Assembly (NCBI GenBank): GCA_903890485.1
Contig: CAITBM010000006.1
Location: 11,901 to 75,900 of the forward strand
Source of the DNA: an uncultured Opitutaceae bacterium
GTDB taxonomy: Bacteria > Verrucomicrobiota > Verrucomicrobiia > Opitutales > Opitutaceae
Length of the DNA: 64,000 nucleotides
Direction: 5' to 3'
This document shows, one piece after another, positions 59,280-64,000 of this stretch. The notes beneath the pieces were generated by a model. That model saw only the letters and a program-made list of their open reading frames with translations, was not told where the DNA came from and did not search any database. Position numbers and translations under genes: made by a program. Each line of letters begins with the position of its first letter. Position 1 is the first letter of the stretch.

Positions 59280-59593
59280 GTTAGGTGCCAGGTAGCCAGG
59301 GGGCCGATTCGGGGTTTAGAGCGCCCGGAGAAAGCGTCGGCTCTCCCCGACGGGCATTAGGCCTCGAGTTAGTGGAAAAATGGAAGGGGTAACGTCAAAG
59401 CCGGGGAAAGTCTCTGAAACAGAGGGGGGGCTCCGTCGCCAGAGTTCACGCCAAACGGGAACTCACGGTAGAGTCCCGCGCCCTTGGGAGGCAACAAACT
59501 AAACGACATGCCCGGAGGGGATGTCCCCTTGCCGTCGCCCCTCGAAGCGGGAACTTGCCTAGATCCGAAACATTTCGGTTGATGGAGCACCCC

Positions 59594-60166
59594 ATGAAAA
59601 ACGCCCCGCTCATTGCCTTTCTTATTCTTGCGAACGCCTGCTGGGCGGACCAGTTCGCGGTCTTTGGAAAGGACGCAGCATTCGTTGTCGGGAAGTCATC
59701 GGGACCGTCGGACCCCGCAGGCCATGCCTTCTTTGCGGCCTATGCGGCCGACATCGCGGCGAATCGCCCCCTGGAGAAGACCATGGACCTGGTGAATCCC
59801 CCCAGCTGGGGAAAGACGATAAGCGCTGCAACCCACGGGCTCATCCAATTCCATCCGAAGTTCACCGGCGGGTTTGCCTGCCGACTTGCCCTCGACGGAC
59901 TCGTTCCGGGGCACCGCTACATCCTTACGCTCAATGGGAATCCCGAAAAGGCCGGCAACAACCTGCTGCCCTCGCCGGTCCCAGGGAACGTAGCGGAGAA
60001 ATACTATGATTTCCTGTTCATCACGGCCGACGCCGCGGGGAGTTACGATGCGGGGCTTGGGATCGCCCTCAAGCCAGGCGACTACGAAGTGCGCTGCTAT
60101 GTGAAGGACGCGAGCGACTTTAAGATCGTCCTCTACCGCGACTTCTTCCCGTTCAGGGTCGAATAG
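59594..60166 (+). CDS. secreted hypothetical protein
   Basis: The signal peptide is MKNAPLIAFLILANACWA. The composition is beta-rich. No family is recognised. Confidence 0.5.
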   Translation: MKNAPLIAFLILANACWADQFAVFGKDAAFVVGKSSGPSDPAGHAFFAAYAADIAANRPLEKTMDLVNPPSWGKTISAATHGLIQFHPKFTGGFACRLALDGLVPGHRYILTLNGNPEKAGNNLLPSPVPGNVAEKYYDFLFITADAAGSYDAGLGIALKPGDYEVRCYVKDASDFKIVLYRDFFPFRVE

Positions 60167-60173
60167 GCAGGCG

Positions 60174-60833
60174 CTACGACACCTTTACTTCAATCTTCGC
60201 GGCCTCGGGCAGCCCCAGGGTGGTCTCACCCTCCTTCAGGTCGCAGCGAACGACGCCGCTTGCGCGGTCCCGCTCCCTGACCCGGACTCTCGCGCCCGGC
60301 ATCAGGCCCGATTTTTGGATGAACTCGAGGAACGGGGCGCTCTGGTCAAGAATGCGCTCCACGCGCAGCTGTTTCTGGGGCTCGCAACTGGCAAGCGTAA
60401 CCCCCTTGCCCCGCCCCAGGACCGGCGACTTGCGGCTGGGAATGGGATCACCGTGGGGGTCAGCGGCGGGATGCCCCAAAATCGCATCGATCTTCAGAAG
60501 CACCCGGTCGGAAATCGCGTGCTCCAGGGCCTCCGCCTCCTGGTGCACCTCCTTCCAGTCCATCTGCAGGACCTGCACCAGGAATGTCTCCACGAGCCGG
60601 TGCTTGCGCACCACAGCCAAGGCGTGGGCCCGGCCCTCCGGCGTGAGCCTCACCCCTTCGCGGGGCTGGTGCTCCAGGAGGCCGCGCGCGGCCATGGACT
60701 TCACCATCGTGGTGATTGTGCCCGGGGTGACGCCGAGCGCCTCGGCGAGGGCGCCGGTCGACACGACCCCGACCTCGTCGGAGGAACGGACGAGTATCGC
60801 CTTAAGGTAGTTCTCGACCGTGCTCGTCGGCAT
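60174..60833 (-). CDS. mntR: DtxR/MntR-family metal-dependent transcriptional regulator with C-terminal FeoA/SH3-like domain
   Basis: Motifs are TVENYLKAI, the HTH TGALAEALGVTPGTITTMVKSM, RKHRLVETFL and EAEALEHAISD. Confidence 0.85.
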   Translation of the reverse strand: MPTSTVENYLKAILVRSSDEVGVVSTGALAEALGVTPGTITTMVKSMAARGLLEHQPREGVRLTPEGRAHALAVVRKHRLVETFLVQVLQMDWKEVHQEAEALEHAISDRVLLKIDAILGHPAADPHGDPIPSRKSPVLGRGKGVTLASCEPQKQLRVERILDQSAPFLEFIQKSGLMPGARVRVRERDRASGVVRCDLKEGETTLGLPEAAKIEVKVS

Positions 60834-60853
60834 CGCTTGAGGGAATTGAAGAA

Positions 60854-60895
60854 GTCTTTGAAAACAAACGTATTTTGTCTTTGACGACTCAAAGA
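60854..60895. promoter_or_regulatory. candidate metalloregulator operator in mntR-mntH divergent spacer
   Basis: GTCTTTGA occurs twice, at 60854 and 60877. The second copy is part of the inverted repeat TCTTTGA-CGAC-TCAAAGA (60878-60895). The 112-bp spacer is AT-rich. Confidence 0.3.
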
Positions 60896-60945
60896 GTTTA
60901 TTTCTATAAATCGCAATCCCTAATTCTGGCCATCAACCTCCGACC

Positions 60946-62346
60946 TTGCCCGATGCGCAACCCGCGTCGTCCAGGGGAGCCGTGTCCCTCGAGGGATTCC
61001 ACCGCAGCGTGGTGCCTCCGTCCCCCGCGGCACGACCCTGGAGGCAATATCTCGCGTTTGCCGGGCCCGCGCTGCTCGTAAGCGTCGGGTACATGGACCC
61101 GGGCAACTGGGCCACGGACCTCCAGGCCGGGGCGGAGTTCAAGTACACCCTGCTTTGGGTGATCGGCCTCTCAAGCCTGATGGCGATTTTCCTGCAGATC
61201 ATCGCCGCACGCCTGGGAATCGTCACCGGGCGAGACCTAGCCCAGTGCTGCCGCGACTTCCTTCCGGCGTGGACCCGGTGGCCGAACTACCTGAGCTGTG
61301 AACTGGCAATCGCGGCGTGCGATCTCGCCGAGGTTCTCGGGAGCGCCGTGGCCCTTCACCTCCTGTTCCCGCGCATCTCGCTGATGGTTGCTGTGCTGAT
61401 CACGTCCTTTGACGTGATCCTCCTGCTTTCCCTCCAGAAATTCGGCATACGCATGATCGAGGCCGTGGTGCTGGTGCTCGTGGCGACAATCGGGATTTGC
61501 TACTACGTCGAGATCTTCGTCTTGCCGCAGACCCAGCCCGTGTTCCACGAAATGGCCCGCGGGCTCTTTGCGCCCGACCTCGTGGCGTTCGTCCACAAGA
61601 ACGACCTGGTCTTCCTGGCCATCGGCATCATCGGGGCGACCGTAATGCCCCACAACCTGTACCTGCATTCTGCGCTCGTGCAAACCCGCCAGATCAAGGG
61701 GGACAGGCTCTCGCAAAAGCAGGCTGTGCGCTACAACACGATCGACACCACCATCGCTCTGTCCGCGGCGTTCTTCGTGAATGCCGCGATCATGGTCCTA
61801 GCCGCCGTGGTGTTCTTCGGCCATACGGAGGTCGTGCTCCCCTCGGGCGAGGTGATCGGGTTCACTCCCGACTCCGACTGGATCCAGATTGCCGACGTGA
61901 CCCTGGCCCCCCTGGTCGGAAAAGTGGCAGCGAGCGTCCTTTTCGCGGTGGCCCTCCTGGCAAGCGGACAGAGCAGCACGATCACGGGCACCCTTGCCGG
62001 GCAGGTTGTCATGGAAGGCTTCATGGACTGGAAGATCGCCCCGTGGATAAGGCGGCTGATCACGCGCCTGTGCGCAGTCGTCCCGGCTGTCGTCCTCATC
62101 GCGCTCCGAGGCGGGCGAAGCATGACGGAACTTCTCACTCTCAGCCAGGTGGTCCTCGCCATCCAGCTTCCCCTTGCCATGTTCCCGCTGCTCATATTCG
62201 CGGGGTCCAGGAAACGCATGGGGGACGGGAAGATCGGGCCGTTCCTGCTGACCGCGGGATGGACGTCGTGCATCGTCATCACCGCGCTCGACATCTTTGG
62301 CCTGCCGGAGGCTTTCCGCAGCGCCATTGCGGTGTTCACAAGCTAG
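60946..62346 (+). CDS. mntH: Nramp-family divalent metal (Mn2+/Fe2+):proton symporter
   Basis: The motif GPALLVSVGYMDPGNWATDLQAG and the consensus transport motif region GATVMPHNLYLHS are present. Confidence 0.9.
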   Translation: MPDAQPASSRGAVSLEGFHRSVVPPSPAARPWRQYLAFAGPALLVSVGYMDPGNWATDLQAGAEFKYTLLWVIGLSSLMAIFLQIIAARLGIVTGRDLAQCCRDFLPAWTRWPNYLSCELAIAACDLAEVLGSAVALHLLFPRISLMVAVLITSFDVILLLSLQKFGIRMIEAVVLVLVATIGICYYVEIFVLPQTQPVFHEMARGLFAPDLVAFVHKNDLVFLAIGIIGATVMPHNLYLHSALVQTRQIKGDRLSQKQAVRYNTIDTTIALSAAFFVNAAIMVLAAVVFFGHTEVVLPSGEVIGFTPDSDWIQIADVTLAPLVGKVAASVLFAVALLASGQSSTITGTLAGQVVMEGFMDWKIAPWIRRLITRLCAVVPAVVLIALRGGRSMTELLTLSQVVLAIQLPLAMFPLLIFAGSRKRMGDGKIGPFLLTAGWTSCIVITALDIFGLPEAFRSAIAVFTS

Positions 62347-62402
62347 GCAATCCCGCCAAGGCGCTCGCGGTCTGGTCCATTTTGGCTAGGGTTGCCTCCC
62401 AG

Positions 62403-63152
62403 ATGAAGCGAGCGACGTTCTGCATCCTTTTGACCCTGGCCGCCGCAGCCGGGGCCCATGCTGGCCCTCCCTTTTCGACAGACGACCCCGAGCCCGTGGA
62501 CTACGGGCACTATGAACTCTACCTTGCGTCCCAGTACCAGCATGCGTCGGGCGACTCGAGTGGCACCCTCCCCCATGTGGAGCTTAATTACGGCATCCTT
62601 CCTAATACCCAGCTTCACCTGATCGCGCCGGCGGCGTTTGACGCGCCGGCCGGGCAACCCCGCCGGACGGGGTACGGGGATACCGAACTCGGCGTTAAGT
62701 ACAGGTTCCTTGAGGAGAGCGATGGCCGACCGCAGGTGGGCGTGTTTCCCCTCGTCGAGCTCCCCACGGGAGCCAGCTCCCGCGGACTTGGCGCCGGCCA
62801 CACGCAGGTATTCCTCCCGGTCTGGATCCAGAAGAGTTCAGGAAAGTGGACCACCTACGGAGGGGGAGGCTATTGGGTGAATCCTGGCTCGGGCAACCGC
62901 AACTGGTGGTTCGCCGGCTGGCTCCTTCAACGCCAGCTGTTGGCTAACCTTGCCGTCGGAGCTGAGGTCTTCCACGAGACTGCGAAGGGGGTCGGGATCG
63001 GCCCGGACACCAAGGTGAACGTCGGCCTGACCTGGGATTTAAGTGACCAAAGCCACATCCTAGCCTCGGCGGGCCCCGTGATCCAGGGGCCCTCGGGCTA
63101 CCAGACTTATGTCGCGTTTCAGCTCACGCTGGGGCCGGCAAAGCTACCCTAG
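62403..63152 (+). CDS. outer-membrane beta-barrel 'transporter' (MetA-pathway/PF13557-like family)
   Basis: The signal peptide MKRATFCILLTLAAAAGAHA is followed by PPFSTDDPEPVDYGHYELY. The sequence has alternating beta-strand character. Only the last 249 codons of ORF 61497..63152 are used. Confidence 0.6.
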   Translation: MKRATFCILLTLAAAAGAHAGPPFSTDDPEPVDYGHYELYLASQYQHASGDSSGTLPHVELNYGILPNTQLHLIAPAAFDAPAGQPRRTGYGDTELGVKYRFLEESDGRPQVGVFPLVELPTGASSRGLGAGHTQVFLPVWIQKSSGKWTTYGGGGYWVNPGSGNRNWWFAGWLLQRQLLANLAVGAEVFHETAKGVGIGPDTKVNVGLTWDLSDQSHILASAGPVIQGPSGYQTYVAFQLTLGPAKLP

Positions 63153-64000
63153 GCTTTGGCCCCCGTCCCGCTCGGCTTTGGGGACACTACCGAGAGCAGC
63201 ACGGGGAGAAGCACCAGAACGAGCGGCATCTGAAGGAGGAGCCCGGAGATAATGGCAATCGCCAGCGGCTGCTGCATCGCCGAGCCGGCGCCGATTCCAA
63301 GGGCAAGCGGCAGGAGCGCGAGGATTGCCGCAAAGGTCGTCATCGCGATCGGGCGCATCCGGTTCACACCCGCTTCGATAAAGGCATCCCTGGGATCCGC
63401 CGTGACGGGTATCGAAACGAGCTCCGAGACGTAGAAGATCGCCACCTCGGTGGCGATGCCAACGATCATCGTCATGCCCATCATCGAGGAGATGTTAAGC
63501 TCGGTTCGGGTGATCCAGAGGCCGATGGTGACAGCCGAGAGGGCGAGAAGGGTTGTCACGATCATGGCGGCGGCCGTCCGTAGGCTCTCGTAGAGGAAGA
63601 GAAGGAGCAGGAAGACCAAGGCAACCGCCCCGCCAAAGACGGCAATGAGCCCGGCGAACGCATCCTGCTGCTCAGCGTAGGTGCCCCCGAGGGTCGAATA
63701 AACACCCGCAGGGACGACGCCGGGCCGCGCCAGTGCCGCCTGGACATCGCGGATGGTCGATCCCAGGTCCCTGCCCGTGATCCTCCCGGTGACCGCAATC
63801 ATCCGCTTCAGGTCGTCACGGTCGATCTGGGGCTGGCCCACGATCGTCGACACCGCGGCAACCCGCCTAAGCGGGAAGAAGTGGCCGTCGGGTGCCCGGA
63901 TGCGGAAATTCTCCACGTCGACCTGCGCGGCCCTGTACCTCGGGGGTATCCATGCCCGGATCCCGATCAGCTTCGGATCGCGCTCGATCTTGCTCGAGGC
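63149..64000 (-). CDS. RND efflux pump permease (AcrB/CzcA family), C-terminal part; gene continues beyond window
   Basis: The C-terminal TM bundle includes LLLLFLYESLR and MMGMTMIVGIATEVAIFYV. The frame stays open upstream to position 64000. Confidence 0.85.
   Translation of the reverse strand, partial: ASSKIERDPKLIGIRAWIPPRYRAAQVDVENFRIRAPDGHFFPLRRVAAVSTIVGQPQIDRDDLKRMIAVTGRITGRDLGSTIRDVQAALARPGVVPAGVYSTLGGTYAEQQDAFAGLIAVFGGAVALVFLLLLFLYESLRTAAAMIVTTLLALSAVTIGLWITRTELNISSMMGMTMIVGIATEVAIFYVSELVSIPVTADPRDAFIEAGVNRMRPIAMTTFAAILALLPLALGIGAGSAMQQPLAIAIISGLLLQMPLVLVLLPVLLSVVSPKPSGTGAKA

Noticed and set aside
59424-59430. A G7 tract in the spacer upstream of the TonB2-type cluster, as a phase-variation switch.
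   Set aside because: Homopolymers of 7-8 G or C occur repeatedly in this GC-rich window, including inside coding regions. There is no positional evidence that it lies between promoter elements.
60834-60945. A manganese (yybP-ykoY) riboswitch upstream of mntH.
   Set aside because: The spacer is only 112 bp, is AT-rich, and lacks the conserved GC-rich four-way-junction motifs. Protein-mediated (MntR) control is more plausible.
61497-62402. The N-terminal 302 codons of the 551-aa ORF 61497..63152.
   Set aside because: This part overlaps mntH in another frame and translates to low-complexity Arg/Pro-rich sequence. A signal peptide and beta-barrel sequence begin only at ATG 62403.
1-64000. CRISPR arrays, IS elements, transposases, integrases or rRNA.
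   Set aside because: I saw no regularly spaced short direct repeats. No ORF has recognisable DDE-transposase, tyrosine-recombinase or serine-recombinase motifs.

Overview
High-GC (mostly above 60% by eye), gene-dense bacterial chromosome segment from a Gram-negative, CAZyme-rich organism. The gene content resembles Verrucomicrobiota or Opitutae-like genomes, but that is inference only. All family calls rest on motifs I recognise in the supplied translations; no searches were run. Layout: (1) 1-1.7 kb holds a NarL-type two-component pair. (2) 1.8-6.4 kb is a visibly lower-GC accessory islet. It has a truncated regulator fragment, three decayed tRNA-Glu-3'-end-like segments, two PIN-toxin TA modules, and small proteins. 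(3) 6.4-21.1 kb looks like a glucuronoxylan and hexuronate utilisation locus: GH10, Tat-exported GH109-like oxidoreductase, SGNH esterase, GH35-like hydrolase, UxuA, SDR, GH67, GPH symporter, an unknown secreted protein and a GH43-like protein. (4) 21-30 kb holds a P450 coupled to a small membrane protein, NmrA, a CBM-only protein, GH27, MFS, an aminotransferase and HAD. (5) 30.7-37.5 kb has two large uncharacterised secreted proteins bracketing a second GPH symporter. (6) 37.5-43.2 kb holds prpBCD, ribokinase and a sugar transporter. (7) 44.3-49.2 kb has two divergently arranged paralogous porins around an AT-rich spacer, plus an alginate-export-type OMP. (8) 49-54 kb holds a beta-propeller protein, SGNH, a SHOCT protein, GH29 and unknowns. 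(9) 54.1-59.3 kb is a six-gene TonB2/Ttp-type energy-transduction cluster. (10) 59.6-64 kb holds DtxR/MntR, MntH, a beta-barrel OMP and a partial RND pump. I saw no rRNA, intact tRNA, CRISPR array, transposase or integrase. I cannot point to one clearly novel system. The best candidates for follow-up are the unknown-protein and GPH locus at 30.7-37.5 kb, the inverted porin pair, the tRNA-fragment/TA islet, and the unknown secreted protein inside the xylan locus.
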